A stretch of 64,000 bases of DNA, taken from NCBI RefSeq assembly GCF_963921235.1, contig NC_086097.1, positions 141,050,001-141,114,000 of the forward strand, in the 5' to 3' direction. This document shows positions 35,329 through 48,559 of the stretch, in pieces. Source of the stretch: Mobula hypostoma. Taxonomy: Eukaryota. A program made the translations under genes and the position numbers. Below the pieces are notes generated by a model that was not told the origin of the DNA, ran no database searches, and worked only from the letters and a program-made list of their open reading frames with translations. Numbering within the stretch: position 1 is the first letter of the stretch; each line of letters begins with the position of its first letter.

Positions 35329-35939
35329 ACCCTCCCTTCATTAATACACTTAGTCACTTCTTCCACAGTGCCAGTCAAGCTGTAGACACGTGGCATTCCC
35401 ATGTACTGACTATCCTGACTATTCCCAGTCAGTCCGGCCTTTCTAAATGCTCCGAAATCTCGACCCTCAGAAAACCTTCCAGCAACTAGTCCGTTCTTTC
35501 CTGCCTTGTCCTTGCCTGTCTGGGCTTCATCTACTTAAGTATATATAGAAATGTCTCTCGACAATAGTGATTGTGTCTGAATCACCTATCAACTTCTACT
35601 CCTTACCCTCCCCGCTTCTTATTGTAGTTTCTGCCTCCATATAGTCCCAAATGAAGGGTCTCATTCCCCCCACCCCCAAAACGTTTGCAGTTTATTCCCC
35701 TCAATAGATACTGCCTGAATTGCTGAGTTCCTCCACCATTTTGTGTGTGTTGGTCTGGGTTTCTAGCATCTGCAAAATGGCTTGTGTTTATCGACGACAC
35801 ATGTGCCTGAACATGGTTCATAATGACTGGCAGGGTCCTAGGGAGTACTGAGGGTCTCGAGCTGAAGTCTAGCGTCATCCATTTCTACTGAGCCTCGGGT
35901 CCCGCATGGGGCTACTGACCCAAATTTTGCTGCTATCCT

Positions 35940-36240
35940 CTGAAAGACCATTCCCCCACACCCACAACAATATACAAAGTAATATAACCGTTGCTGAGGG
36001 GAATCGCCAGGGGAGAATCCTGCATTTTCTGTCTTTTACTTTTATATCTGGTGGTGGTCACCCAACTGACTGTGGCCTGCATCTTCGGTGTGACCGCATC
36101 AACATAGCTCTTACCTCTGATGATCTCAGAACCCCAGATAATCTTTACAGCATCCAGCTCCAGCTCCTTGACGCTGTCAGTCAAGCTGCATCTGGGGGTG
36201 CCTCCCGCTGCAGTAGTCATCACGGGCACTGCGAATTTCC
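35940..36240 (-). mobile_element. CR1 ORF1 N-terminal fragment
   Basis: Minus-strand peptide VKELELDAVKII...AIPLSNGY resembles the ORF1 copies at 27.6 and 55.7 kb. Confidence 0.7.
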
Positions 36241-36619
36241 TTAATCATCGACATTATGCAGGACAGGCATACTACTCCCCTAACTACCATGCAGACTACA
36301 CTAAGTCTACATCCAGGATGAGGATAAAAAGACCTTATCTGTACCTCCTCTCTGCCTCCTCACCAGAGCGTCAGGGACAAAGCCTCAGCACTTAGCCTCA
36401 ATAAGCCACTTCCTGCTCACACACACAGCCATTCCCAAAAAAATCAGTGAATGTTTGTGTCAGCGATGAACATACCCAAGTTTGTGCTGGATGCAGCCCG
36501 TTAGTGTCGCCGTGCGTTCAGGTGCCAAGAGAGCATGCCCAACAGAATAACAACGTAGTGTATAGAATGAAACAAGTAGCAGCAGCAACAACAACAACAA
36601 CAGAAAAAAACAAGACAAC

Positions 36620-36790
36620 AATATCAAAACAAACAGACGAGAAAGTTTGCAGATGGTGGAAATCTAAAGCAACACATGGAAAACGCTGCAGGAACTCAGC
36701 AGATCAGGTAGCAGCCTGGAAATAAATAAACAGTCGAAGTTTCAAGCTGAGACTCTTCCTCGGCACGAAAAAAGGAAGGGGAAAGGCGAC
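36620..36790 (-). mobile_element. Penelope-like terminal repeat fragment with a degenerate hammerhead
   Basis: Homologous to 54453-54641. The core reads CCGAGGA...GAAACTTC on the minus strand (mutated). Related copies lie at about 34140-34205 and 35630-35790. Confidence 0.6.
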
Positions 36791-37039
36791 AGAACAAAAA
36801 GGTGGGGGAGTGGAAGGACGATAGTTATGATAGGTGAAGCCCTAGTGATTCGTGCAGCATAAAAACAAACCCTTCTCCACCTTCCCACCCATCCATCCAA
36901 ACCCTTACGCATAGAGACAGGCCTCCAATCCCAGGGCAGACCGCCTTAGCGCCTCCAGACCATGTCCTCGGACTCTCAAGCTCGCAGACAACGGACCACT
37001 AACCTCCAATTTCTGGCTCGTACTCAGAGATTAGACTTT

Positions 37040-38860
37040 CTGGCCTTTATTTCCACCAGTACTGAGGACCAAGATGGTACGGACAATGGGAGCACAGGAG
37101 CGATTACAGGACTGCTTTGAATCGGTGGCCTGGACCTTATTCAGGGTTTCATCTTCGAATCCGGATGATTATGCGATAGTTGTTATCCACTTCATTAAAA
37201 CCTGTGTGCCTATGAAAACTTGCTGTACCTTCCCAAATCAGAAGCTCTGGATGAACCAGGCGGTTCGTCGTCAGCGGGGGTTAGATCTGTGGTATTTAAA
37301 TCTGGTGACCTAGGTCTGTACAAGAAAACCAGGCGTGACTTGCGGAAGGCTATTTCAAGAGCGAAGAAATTGTTCCAAGCGAGGTTGGAGGCGACATCGG
37401 ATGCACGTCAACTCTGGCAGGGTTTTGTATTCGTTACTTCCTACAAAGCGAAACCCAATTGTAGGAATGGCAGCGATGCTTCATTACCAAATGAGCTCAA
37501 CGCCTTTTATGCCCGCTTTGAAAGGGGGAATATAATTACAGCTGTGAAGATCCCTGCTGCTTCCGGTGACCCTGTGATCTCTGACTCGGCGGCCGATGTT
37601 AGGCTGGCTTTCGGGAGGGCGAACCCTCTTAAGGCGGCAGGCCTTGATGGAGTACCTGCTAAGGCTCTGAAAACTTGTGCGCACGAATATTCAAGGATAT
37701 TTTCAGTCTCTCACTGATACGGTCAGAAGTTCTCACCTGCTTCAAAAAGGCAACAATTATACCAGTGCCTAAGAAAAGTAGTATGAACTGCCTTAATATC
37801 TATCCCCAGGAGTACTCATATCTACGGTGATGAAAGGCTTTGACAGGTTGGTCATGGCTAGAATGAACTCTATTTCAGCAAGGTCCTGGAGCCAGAATCG
37901 CCACACTACGGTTGACACAATCCCATTGGCTCTCCAGACAGCCTCCGATAACCTGGACAATACGAACACCTATGTCAGGATGCTGCTCATTGTCTGTAGC
38001 GTTTAACATCATCATTCCCACAGACTCAATGGATAAGCTACAGCAGCTGGGCCTTTGTACCTCCCTTTGCAATTGGATCCTCAACTTCCTAACTGGAAGA
38101 CCACAGTCTATGCGGACTGCTGATAATATCTCCTCCTCACTGACGATCAACACTGGCGCACCTCACGAGTGTGTGATTAGGCCATTGCCCTACTCCCGCT
38201 ATAGTCATGACTATGTGGCTATGTATAGCTCAAATGTCATCCATAGATTTGCTGATATTCCAGCTGGTTGACTGGTGTCGCAGCATCAACCTTGCACTCA
38301 ACGTCAGTAAGATGAAAGAGTTAATTGTGGACTTCAGGAAGGGTAAGACGTGGGAACACGAACCAATCCTCAGCGAGATCAGAAGAGGAGAGTGTGAGCA
38401 TTTTTAAGTTCCTGGGTGTCAAGATCTCTGTGAATCTAACCTGGACCCAACATATTGATGCAGCTATAAAGAAGGCAAGACAGCAGCTAGAGTTCATTCG
38501 GAGTTTGAAGAGATTTGGTTTGTCACCTAAAATATTCGATAATTTCTATAGATGTACTATGGACAGCATTCTGACAGGCTGCATCACTGTCTGGTAATGG
38601 GGTGCTACTGCACAGGACTGAAAGAAGCTACAGAAAATTGTAAATTTAGTCAGCTCCATCTTGGGTACTGGCTTCCGTAGTAACCAAGACATCTTCAAGG
38701 AGAGGTGCCTCAGATTAAGGAGCCCCAACACCCAGGACATGACTTCTTCTCATTCTTACCATCAGGTAGGAGATACAGAAACCTGAAGGAACACACTCAG
38801 TGTTTCAGGAACAGCTTTCTCCCCTCTGCCATCCAATTCCTAAATGGGCATTGAACCCAT
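37040..38860 (+). mobile_element. 5'-truncated Rex1/Babar LINE (linker, RT and 3' end), defective
   Basis: QERLQDCFESVxW, SLPNELNAFYARFE, KAAGx[24 protein letters not shown] motifs; frameshifted. Confidence 0.88.
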
Positions 38861-39589
38861 GAACACTACTTTATTTTTATATATATATATATTTCTGTTT
38901 TGCACTATTTTAATCTAAATATTTAATATAGTTAAATATTTAGTATCTAAATATTTAATATAGTTAATCCCCGACTTTTGTCTTCAACCTGTTCAAAATT
39001 CAATGCACAGTTATTATCAAAGTATGTATACAGTAAATAATCCTGTAAAGAAACACCATGGAACCCCTTAAAAGAAAACACCCAATACATGAAAAAAATG
39101 CAAATCATGCAAATAGCAAAAAGTGAGCAAATAATACAGAGAACATTAATCCCCAAGAAATAGTCCAGGAGAGACAGTCAGTCTAAGTCAGTTCAATTTA
39201 GTATTATGTCAATGACTGCAAGTCTCAGACGCAGAACCAATTCATCACCGTAGCGCCTCAATCAAGTCGCACAAATAGTAAAAAAGAGTAATCAGAAACA
39301 CATAGAGCATGAACCGAAGAGTCCTCCAAACATGAATTTGCGGAGCGCATTCTGCTCTGAGGACATTAGACATCAAACCATAGACTCCCAGAAAAGAGCT
39401 TTCTGGGCTTTCTACCTCCGAATTCACCGGAGCTCTAGGCTTTGCACTCTGTACTTGACTAACCTCTGGGTATTGACCCCAGGGCTCACCAGTCACCTTT
39501 GGCCCTGCTTCTAAATGCATAATAATTGCTTTCCAGCTGCTACTGTTCACTGCCTGGGAACTCATTAATAGAGTATCCATTACTCTTCC

Positions 39590-40030
39590 CATAATGTCTT
39601 TGTTATCAAATCAGCGATGATCCCCTGAATTGTTAGTAATGGTAGAGCAAGAGACTCCATGGATGTTGAAGTTACAAATTCTGTTGGAATACTGCTGATG
39701 ATAATCCACAGGCCTTGTAAATGTCCATTTGATGATAACTAGGCACAGTAGGCTCATCCATATTGTTAGTTCTTTCACTGCCTGCTGCAGGGTCTGGCAG
39801 ATATATTTAGCTTCAACAGTGGTAGTGCTACTAATTCAGATGATGTCAATATTGAATGTCCTCACTCAGAGTACTTTCTGTCCTCTTGCTACTCTCAACA
39901 TTTCATTCTGCGCTGTGCAACATGGAGGAATAGTGCTTCACCAGATAAATTGATAATCTTCATCAGCTTATAGAGGAAGATGGTAGGTTTTAATCAGAAG
40001 GATGTTTCCTTGATCTTAGAGGAAGATACT
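39590..40030 (-). mobile_element. Old LINE endonuclease fragment
   Basis: Degenerate minus-strand APE motifs (NLPSS..., DIQY [GDFN-like], EPT). Confidence 0.5.
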
Positions 40031-40119
40031 TTGTGAATCTGGAGTCAATATGAGGGCATTCACATTTGCATCACTCTTCTGCTAAATGACCTTGGAGTTT
40101 GACTAACCCAAGTATTGCA

Positions 40120-40729
40120 ATGGAGGTATCTAGCACGTCCTCTGTAAGTATTATCCTGCAAGGTGAGTGACACCTCCTTGAATATCAGTGGTGTGAAATC
40201 ACTCACATGTTGCAGGAAAGTGGAGCAAATTGGCCTGGGATGTGCTGGGAAGCATCCAGTAAGGAACATGGTAGAAACCTGCAGCGCTTTCATAGGCATG
40301 GCATGGGGGGCATAAAATGCAATTTGAATTTCTGTATGTGGTATTTCTTTAAATGAAGTGCACCTTTACTTTTTCCTGATTATTACTTATAAAACTATTT
40401 TCCTATTCTTTCAAGGTAATGCTTATTGCTTGCATTCTATCAGAACCAGAACAATTGTTAAAGAGGCTCAAGATGTATTGTTTTCGTGGCAGTGTTCCAA
40501 GGAAGGAATGAAGGCAAATCTGAAAAAAAAAGTTTGCTACATATTTGTATCTAGAGGGGCATTAAATTTTAAAACACAAAAAAACTCAAAATATTTTAAG
40601 TAAACAAGCATCACCATCCTTGCATGGCCATCATTTGGTATTGTAATTCCACCACCGATCACACAAATGGAATACAGAAGAATTCTAAACAGCTGTTTCA
40701 ACAGTTGCTCCAGGCGAATCGTCACAGAT
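40120..40729 (+). pseudogene. Candidate heavily decayed third V segment
   Basis: 43-nt leader-like exon with GTGAGT donor (40163) and acceptor at 40415. Cys at mature position 22, V-C-Y at the W41 position, one in-frame stop, Cys at 40706, CACAGAT at 40723. No nonamer and poor FR2/FR3 similarity. Confidence 0.35.
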
Positions 40730-41195
40730 GTCAAGGTAATTGGACAAATAAAGCTTATTTTCTTCAGAGACATTTCGCTGTTCCATTGTTCAATTCAAAC
40801 TATGCTTTCATGTTAAATTTCATCTCATTCTGAAAATTTATCTAATTATTATTTTATGCAGAATACACTGGCTTTAGTATAATTAGCTCCCATTAAGGAA
40901 TCATACTGTGAGAATGGAACGTTGTGTACTTGATGTGAACTTTTCAGAACACTGGAAAGCGTATTCTAAAAAAAGAATCCTAGACTGATAATCTTCAAAT
41001 CTTGATATTAATCTAACATGAGGGTAAAACAATATTTTAAATAATGATGTAATTTATTTACACTATGAGAATAATTCAAATTACAGAGATTATCCAGTAA
41101 AGAACATACTATCAACAAACAATACGGAAAAAAACACCGTAGCATCGCGAGCAAATTCATAGTATTATAAGAAAACAAAGATGGTTCATGCCATA

Positions 41196-41733
41196 CACTC
41201 AGTGGCCACTTTATTAGGTACACCTGCACACCTGCTCATTAATACAAATAACTAATCAGCCAATCATGTGGCAGTAACTCAATACATGCAGACGTGGGCA
41301 AGAAGTTCAGTTGTTGCTCAGACCCAACATCAGAATGGGGAAAAATGTGATATATACCACTTAAACTGTGGAATAAGTTTTGGTGCCACATGGTGTGGTT
41401 TTGAGTATCTCAGAAACTGCTGATCTCCTGGGATTTTAATGCACAACAGTCTTAACAGTTTACAGAGGGTGGTGTGAAAAATAAACAAAAAAATCCAATG
41501 AGTGGCAGTTCTGTGGGCCAAAACGCCTTGTTAATGAGAGGTCAGAGGAGAATAGCCAGACTGGTTCAAGCTGACAGAAAGGCGACAGTAACTCAAATAA
41601 CCATCTGTTACAACAGTGGTGTGCAGTAGAGCATCCCTGCATGGATGACACCTCAAACCTTGAAATGGATGAGCTATAGCAGCAGAAGACCACACTTGAT
41701 TCCACTTGTACTTAATAAAGTGGCCACTGAGCG
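41196..41733 (+). mobile_element. Non-autonomous Tc1 internal-deletion derivative
   Basis: TA|CACTCAGTGGCCACTTTATTAGGTACA...TGTACTTAATAAAGTGGCCACTGAGCG|TA. Remnant N-terminal transposase HTH region (SETADLLGF, RGQRRIARLVQADRKATVTQI). Confidence 0.9.
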
Positions 41734-43020
41734 TATATCCTATCTTTGCAACGTGACAAAAGATGAAGACTTTCAAAGACACCAACCGCACTGTAGTTAC
41801 ACTGTAGAAAGCATTTCCTGCTGTATGAAAAGGCGAACATACAGAGTGTAGATGATACTGGGTAGACACCTGGAAAGGCAGTTCTACAGTTGTTGCCAGG
41901 GTTGTTTGAACTGAAATGATCTACAGTTTGCTACATATCACTGAAGCTAAAATATGATAATCAGAATGCAGGTTAGCTGTAGTTGTGGAAATGTCTTGGT
42001 TCATAATTTATAATAAGTGTCATATATGCAGTGGCTATTCAGAAACATTTCCAGGGTGAAATTGGCTAACATGAAGGAACATAAGTTTAAGGAGATTGGA
42101 GGAAATTCTAGGGCAAGGGTATCAGATGTAATTTTTTTCCACAGTGTTAAGTGTGTGGCACAGTAGTGGTAGAGACAGGTTCATTAAGGCCTCTGGGAAG
42201 AGACGGTTAAATTCATCTTAGAGTCAGTCAGAAATTCAGCACATCATGGGCTGAAGTGTTCTATAATTTCTTTCTTGCTTTTATGGGTTTTTTTTTGGTT
42301 GATCTGAGGCTGCCAGGATTTTGATTTCACTTCCTTGAGACTGACATTGGACCATCATTTAAGTCACTGTATCCTGCATTCATTTCTTCATGGAGTAATA
42401 GATTTCTACTGTAACTCATTTAATCTTTCTTCACAGCATGAGTGAATGCATGCAGAAAATTATCCTCCATAGACTGAAAACAGACTGTGAATTTTGTGTT
42501 ATGTTGGCTCAGCTGTAAAATCCAAATCCCTTGGATGAATCAAAGAATATGTAACTCTATTTTTCTCAATAAAGTAATATAGTATCTCTCATTATTTGAA
42601 ATGTTTACTCTCTCCATAACAACTTCTACTTAATGAGGCACTCTCAGAGAAGCAAAATGGACACAGAAGCATTATCAAGTGAAAAGAAACTGATGCCAGG
42701 GCATATAAGGAGAATGAAGGGAACCATCCAAAAGCTTGATTAAAGAGAAGGGTCTAAATTAGTGTCCTAAGGCAGGAAAGATAGGTGACAAGGCTGGAAG
42801 GCTCAGGGGCAACATTCCAGATTTCAGAAATTCAGGAATTTACTATTTCAAGGGATGGCCTCTAATTTTTCAGTGATTAATTTCAGAGTTGAGCATGAGC
42901 AAGAAACTAGTTGTTCTTAGAGACTGCCAAGAAAGCTGTGCCCATAGAGAGATTTGAGATCAAGAATGACAATTATAAATAAGATATTGCACATCATCTC
43001 TCTTCATCAGTTGATGGAGG

Positions 43021-43485
43021 TGTAACATGGAAACAGATTTGAGAATCCAGTGAGTGGAACAGGAAACACTGATTACGAGTAAGCATATCAACCATTTATT
43101 TACAGACAAACAGTAAAACACTTAACCAAACATCTAATTCAAACAAGAACTTATGTAGGCCACCCTAAGTTACAAAAACGATGACACTGAACATTCAGTA
43201 ATATCTCAAACTCAACAGGTACTTCATTAAGTCTCCCCAAGTTACACCGCTACAGAGCTAAACATTCAACAAAGGTGTGTTGCTAAGTGTGTGAATGGGC
43301 CCTCCTATATCTACAGCATACTTTTCCTTGGTTCTTCAGTCCTAATGATGGCTCTGGAACTGGAAACTGGTTCCTTGGCACACAAGGCAACCAATGGGAA
43401 AGAGCTGCTGCATCCCTCAAATAGGCCAATCAACGATGCCACAGCAGAAGTGGCTTTTGACCAGCAAGTAAATTCATTCTTCACA
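43021..43485 (-). mobile_element. 3' LTR of an endogenous retrovirus
   Basis: Minus strand TGTGAAG...TGTTACA with AATAAA about 70 nt before the end. Preceded by a purine-rich PPT-like tract and the env stop. Confidence 0.65.
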
Positions 43486-44193
43486 TTATATCCATCCTTC
43501 GAAAGATGTGACACCATCCGGCCCTCAGACTAGTATGAATCCCGCAAATGCCCCACTAAACTACATATAAAATACCAAAGTACAGTTTGTACAATACCCA
43601 GTATTATAAACCCAATAGTCATCTCCAGTGTACTACAGTAGTCTCCAGCTTCCCTCCAGAGTTTAATAGGACTGGCTCCCACTTAACCGTATGCACCGAC
43701 TGTCAGAGAAGTCGGTGAGCAATGTTCCCCAACTCATCAGGAGTGTAGGTGCAGCATTTCTGACCAGTAAGGGCCCAAGTGCCAATTTTTTGTGCAAACA
43801 GGTAATCAAAGTCCATCCATATCAGTTTCTGAGACAGTCTGAATATATCATACTGGGAAAGGCTATCATCCAAAATCTTTCTGCCTCCTTGACATCTCTC
43901 CTACTCCTCTGATCAACGTGGACTGGGTGTTCATCAAGGGAACTGAGGTGGTGTATGCACCCCAAATACCCCAGACAGTAGCAGCCAGAACACCTGGAAG
44001 GGAGCCATGGGTAGGTCCAGGAGCCGCATATCCAGTAAGTGACATTCAGTATCCAGGGAGTGTCCATCTTCATAGCAACATTCGCTGTAGACACAGTCAT
44101 CCCAGGATACTGTTCCTGCTCACACTCGCCATTATCCGTGATTGAACTTGTGCCTATCACACTACCTACACCAACATTCCTTTCCCTTCCCTA

Positions 44194-45459
44194 TGTCACA
44201 ATGGGGTGCTGGGAACAGACCCAAATGCGAGAAACAGACACTGAAGTACAAGGAACAGGGCTTGACTAGAGTAGGGATGTGACAGGATACAGATAAGGAG
44301 CAGGAACAAGAATGCAGACTAGGGCTTGGACCCCGAGCCAGAGACTGGACAAGGACCCAGAATCTGGGTCTTGCCTTGGGCTCGGGCCCGAGAACCAGGC
44401 ATGGACATGACATGACTGCAGGACTGGAGGCTGGGATCGTGAGGCTAGAAGCTTGGAGACAGGTCGGGGTCTTGAGGTTTGAGGCTTGAGGCTGGGGTCT
44501 TGGTCCTGAGGTCTGCAGGCTGGCGTCTTGGGTCCTGAGGCCTGCAGGCTGGCGTCTTGGGTCCTGAGGCCTGCAGGCCAGAGTCTTGGATCCTGAGGCC
44601 TGCAGGCTGGCGTTTTGGGTCCCAAGGCCTGCAGGCTGGCATCTTGGGTCTTGAGGCCTGCAGGCTGGCGTCTTGGGTCTTGAGGCCTGCAGGCTTGCAT
44701 CTTTGTCTTCAGGCCTGCAGGCTGGGTTCCTGGCCTTGAAATGTGGAGGCTTGGGAATGGACTCTGAGCCAGAGACTGGGCAAGGACCCAGAACCTGGGA
44801 CTTGACTCAGTCTCGGACTCCAGAACTAGGCAAGGACAAGATGAGGCTACATGACTGGACATGTCTTGGGTGAGGAACTCCTCGGTAGGGCGAGACACAA
44901 GGACAGGTAAAGGCACATGGGCAGGACTCGGATAGGACTGGACTAGGCACGGACTGGACGAGGGCCTTCAGGAGCATGGAGCCATGGAGTAGAAGAGACA
45001 GGAGCATGTAACACAGAGCCGGGACCCCTCCTTGGGAACAGGACGTAGGGCTGGGACTCATACACAGAACACCGAACATGATGAGACAGATCCCAACACA
45101 AGGTTGCGGCAAACGGCCGGACGTACCTAGCGAAGGCCTGGACACAGAGGGACAATTCCACACAACGAAAGACAGTTCCTTATCTGGACCTAACCACGCC
45201 CCGGTCTTGCTCCTGCAGTAAAACTTCAGCTATACAGGCGGGGTATCCAGGCAGAGAGTCAGTCGAGGGGGGAAAGACAAGGAGGGGAACAGGACAGTCC
45301 AGCAGGGAATCCCTGGTTTGCAGAGGTATTTATGTTCCAGTCCCAAAACGAGAAACAGGTGCCCACAACAGAAACTGGGGAAAACCAGAAACTCCAGAAC
45401 AAGGAACCATGGACCAGACTATGTTCCGGAACATGGACATTACGGACCAGACCATGACA
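44194..45459 (-). mobile_element. Solo LTR, 1266 bp, with 5-bp TSD, inserted in env; related to the satellite-bearing LTR
   Basis: TGTCA...ACCATGACA termini, CCCTA direct repeats at 44189-44193 and 45460-45464, GGTATTTAT at 45325-45333. Confidence 0.92.
44500..44725. repeat. 29-bp minisatellite, about 8 copies, inside the solo LTR
   Basis: Unit GAGGCCTGCAGGCTGGCGTCTTGGGTCCT; cctgcagg recurs at 44541, 44570, 44599, 44628, 44657 and 44686. Confidence 0.93.
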
Positions 45460-47631
45460 CCCTATCAGCTAGGTATCACTTTCAGAGTTGGGACGTTAGA
45501 CAAATTGTACATAGGAAAATATCAGCCCTTAAAGCACTATTTCCACTGAGGGTTACTAGGGTTCAAGTTCACTAAGGCCACTACCATACTGTGCGGTGAG
45601 GTTGTCTGGAATGGACTACTCTCTCTCAGCTGCCCCAAATAGAATTTCAAACCCAAGAAGCTGGACAATTTTCCACAAGAGTCTTTTTCCCTTACCATTG
45701 AAAGGGATCAGAATTAATGGCGTCACTTCTATAGCCTAGTTAGGAGTCCTCATACAAATTTAGCAATCCTACAGGTTGGTCCTATTTGCATATTCCTACA
45801 CCATCCACTGGAATGTAGTATAGGGCCTCCCTCCGCAAGTCAGCATCATCACCACTGCCGTCAGCATCCACCCGTTTATCATTTTTTCATGTAGGGGATG
45901 CAAACTCACTCACTCTTAATAGTCGTTGGGTATTTAGATGCAAAGCAGTCTTTGTTAGCAAAAACAACTTTTAGGATTGCTCCCAAATCTTCCAAAATAT
46001 GAATTCCAAATTTCCAATTTAACTGTCCACCAATGAGCACTTTCCCCAAGTGCCCAAATTCCCCTGATTTAGACCATGCTTTACTGTATTAATACAGTTT
46101 TGCAGTTGGGTATTTTATATTCTGCAGATTTTCTCGAAATCCAATGTGCTCCTTTAATTACATTGTATAATTGAGTCATTGTTTTTTTTCTGCTGTTTAA
46201 AATAATAATTCAGTTGATTAAGTTAGGCTTGCCGTAATAGCCAATAGGATTTTCTTGTTAACGTTTTGTCCAATAAGGTGCGCTGGAACATTCCAGAGGG
46301 ATTGGGAGTGGGGTTGCCAAATTTTTCTGCAGAGAGTGCAGGACTTTTGGGGGAAGAAGGAGAAAGAAGGAAAATGTAAATGGAGATGGAAAATGGACAA
46401 GGACAACAAGCATAGCAGAAGAACATGAACTTATTTGAAAGGACAGATATTGCTGTAGAAGAATCTTTGTGCAGATAATAGTTTCATGGAGAATGTACAG
46501 GTCACTTGTAATTAGCTTGTTATCACACAACCTTGGAGAAAGTTCCATACTCCTTGTCCTTGGATATTTACTTATGTTTCACTTGGACTGTGCTTTCAGG
46601 CAGAATTGTTCAGTACCATGAGTAAATGAAGTGAAGCAAACTGGATTGATTACACAACAATAAGCTCCAACAATTATGTGCACACTATAGGTTACTTAAT
46701 ATATGGGTAATGGGCCCTTTTCCTTATCATAATTTGTTATAGTTTCAAATATTTTGTTCATATAATTTTAATTTAAGCTTATATTAGTGTGTGAGTTCAA
46801 TTTATGCTTTCTGGTGAACTTTAAACAGCACAGTTATATTGTTGTTAAGTTCGATTCATTGTGATAACTCACTTATTATGAGCCAATGGTAAGAGGCTTA
46901 TACCCATTTCCCTCTGAAATGTAGGCATCTCATATCCAGAATAAAGATGCAGAGATTTCATCACCTCCTCCTGGATTTCACATCTGGCCAATGTGGAATC
47001 CTGGTGTCTCCGTACTTTTCTTCCTTCAGAACCTTTGCAAGTAACAGTTAATTCCCATGATGAAAAGTTAACACATTTCGCAAAGACCAAATGAAAAGAA
47101 AGGACAGCTGGGTGCGCCCCAACAAGTTAACACATTCACACAGCCACTTAAAGGCATAACCCTCTTAAAGACAAGATTTCCTGAGAATTCACTTCACAAG
47201 AGGCAAAATATGTCAATTGCTAAACTCTTACACTGAAGCATAGGAATAATTCAAACATCCTTCTAATACAGCTTTAAAAAACACAAGAAAGACTTTACAC
47301 ACACTCACTCAAGGAAACTCACTGTGGCTATGCTTCATGCAGCATGTTTCAAACTCAAACCATTCACGGGGGGAGGGGGTGTACCTACGAGCGTATGATC
47401 CCCTCCCTATGGGGGCATTGCAGGAAAGTACAACCAACCCTTGATGCCACTGAAAGTCCTACCTTTGCAGAGCCTCCGGCAAGAGATATAGGGAATCCTG
47501 AATGGAATGCAGGGAATCCTATGGAGGGCAGAAGGAACACTTACAGGGAGAAGGCTTGAAGAATGACCCTTCTCCATTAATGGCCTCCTCACCTCTTTTC
47601 CCTGACAATTCTCCTTCCACATGTCATTGAT

Positions 47632-47709
47632 CTGGGTTCCCAACCTGGGATCCATGGACTTCTTACTTAATGCTATTGGTCCATGACATAAAAACATTGG
47701 GAACCCCTG
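47632..47709. mobile_element. hAT/Charlie-like MITE
   Basis: Inverted ends ctgggttcccaacc...gggaacccctg with an internal ccatgga/tccatg palindrome. TSD not clear. Confidence 0.55.
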
Positions 47710-48559
47710 TCGTAGAGGGTGGGGGTAGGAACCCTATTTACCTGTTCCCTTGGGACCCTGGCTTTGTGAAATGCCAAAAACATTTCCTTTGGGGTCACGT
47801 GGGAACCTGCAGCTCCAAGCTGCTTGTCTGATTTGCACACCCTATTACAAGGACCCTTCCCCATGTACTCTAAGCCTTTCTGCAAACAAATGGCTGCATT
47901 TATGGAATACCCAAATGCCTATGCTATTAAAGACAGCACCACTTCTTTCAAGTGGGGAACAATTGCCATAACGAGGGAGCCTTCCCTTAACACTGTAACA
48001 AAGGTGGTAAATTTTGGGTGTGAGTTGTTTTGTATTCAGGATTCCTCAGACAAGTGTTGAAAGTTCAAATGGATTCTGTGAATTAGAATGTGCCCTCATT
48101 CTAAATATGTAATTCTTCAAGATTACCTAATCAAACTCAAGACATTAAAGTAGGTCCCTGTAATGACTGAAACTGTAGTTCATCACTACTGTCATCTTTC
48201 TGTTGCAAGATGCAAAAGCTCAGTGTACTGAAGAGTGCTGGGAAAGGGAAAGGAGAAATGGATTCTCCAGAAGACCTGCTTGTGCCGAATAAAGATCTCC
48301 TACTTCCTCGTACCATGACCTTCAGTGGTTTATTCAGAGTCACACCATTCACTACAATTCTGTGGAAGTACGTTTACCAAATTGAGTGATCTTGTGTATT
48401 GCTCAGCTTATGCAATTTACGGACATCTGTTAGGATGTAACCTGTTCATAACCCAGAGAGTGCCTGTAATGGTTGAATGAGGGTTTGTAATGGGCCACGA
48501 GGGTACCATTTGTACTGAAACACTGCTACAGCTGCCCCACAGCAACTTGTGAATGACCA

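Larger units (their letters stand above)
43530..45882 (-). pseudogene. env: Endogenous retrovirus gamma-type envelope gene, defective (stops, internal deletion, LTR insertion)
   Basis: Signal peptide MINGWMLTAVVMMLTC at 45882; TNLxDC*IC (CxxC, 45754-45765); PLILIPFN; NVTYWICGSWTYPWLPSRCSGCYCLGYL; furin site RSRR (43897-43908) then ERFWMIAFP; ISD-like DFDYLFAQ; (C>W)ALTGQKCCTY (CX6CC, 43751-43777); hydrophobic IGFIILGIVQTVLWYFICSLV. Confidence 0.85.

Noticed and set aside
45760-45762. TGG>TAA in the env CWIC motif as a sign of APOBEC-like G-to-A editing
   Set aside because: One codon is not evidence; it needs a family consensus and a strand-bias test.
46925-47040. Plus-strand AG...GT-bounded open segment, and a similar one at about 48210-48367 (MQKLSVLKSAGKG...), as exons of a host gene
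   Set aside because: No recognisable protein similarity and no consistent multi-exon chain; RNA-seq or tblastn would be needed.
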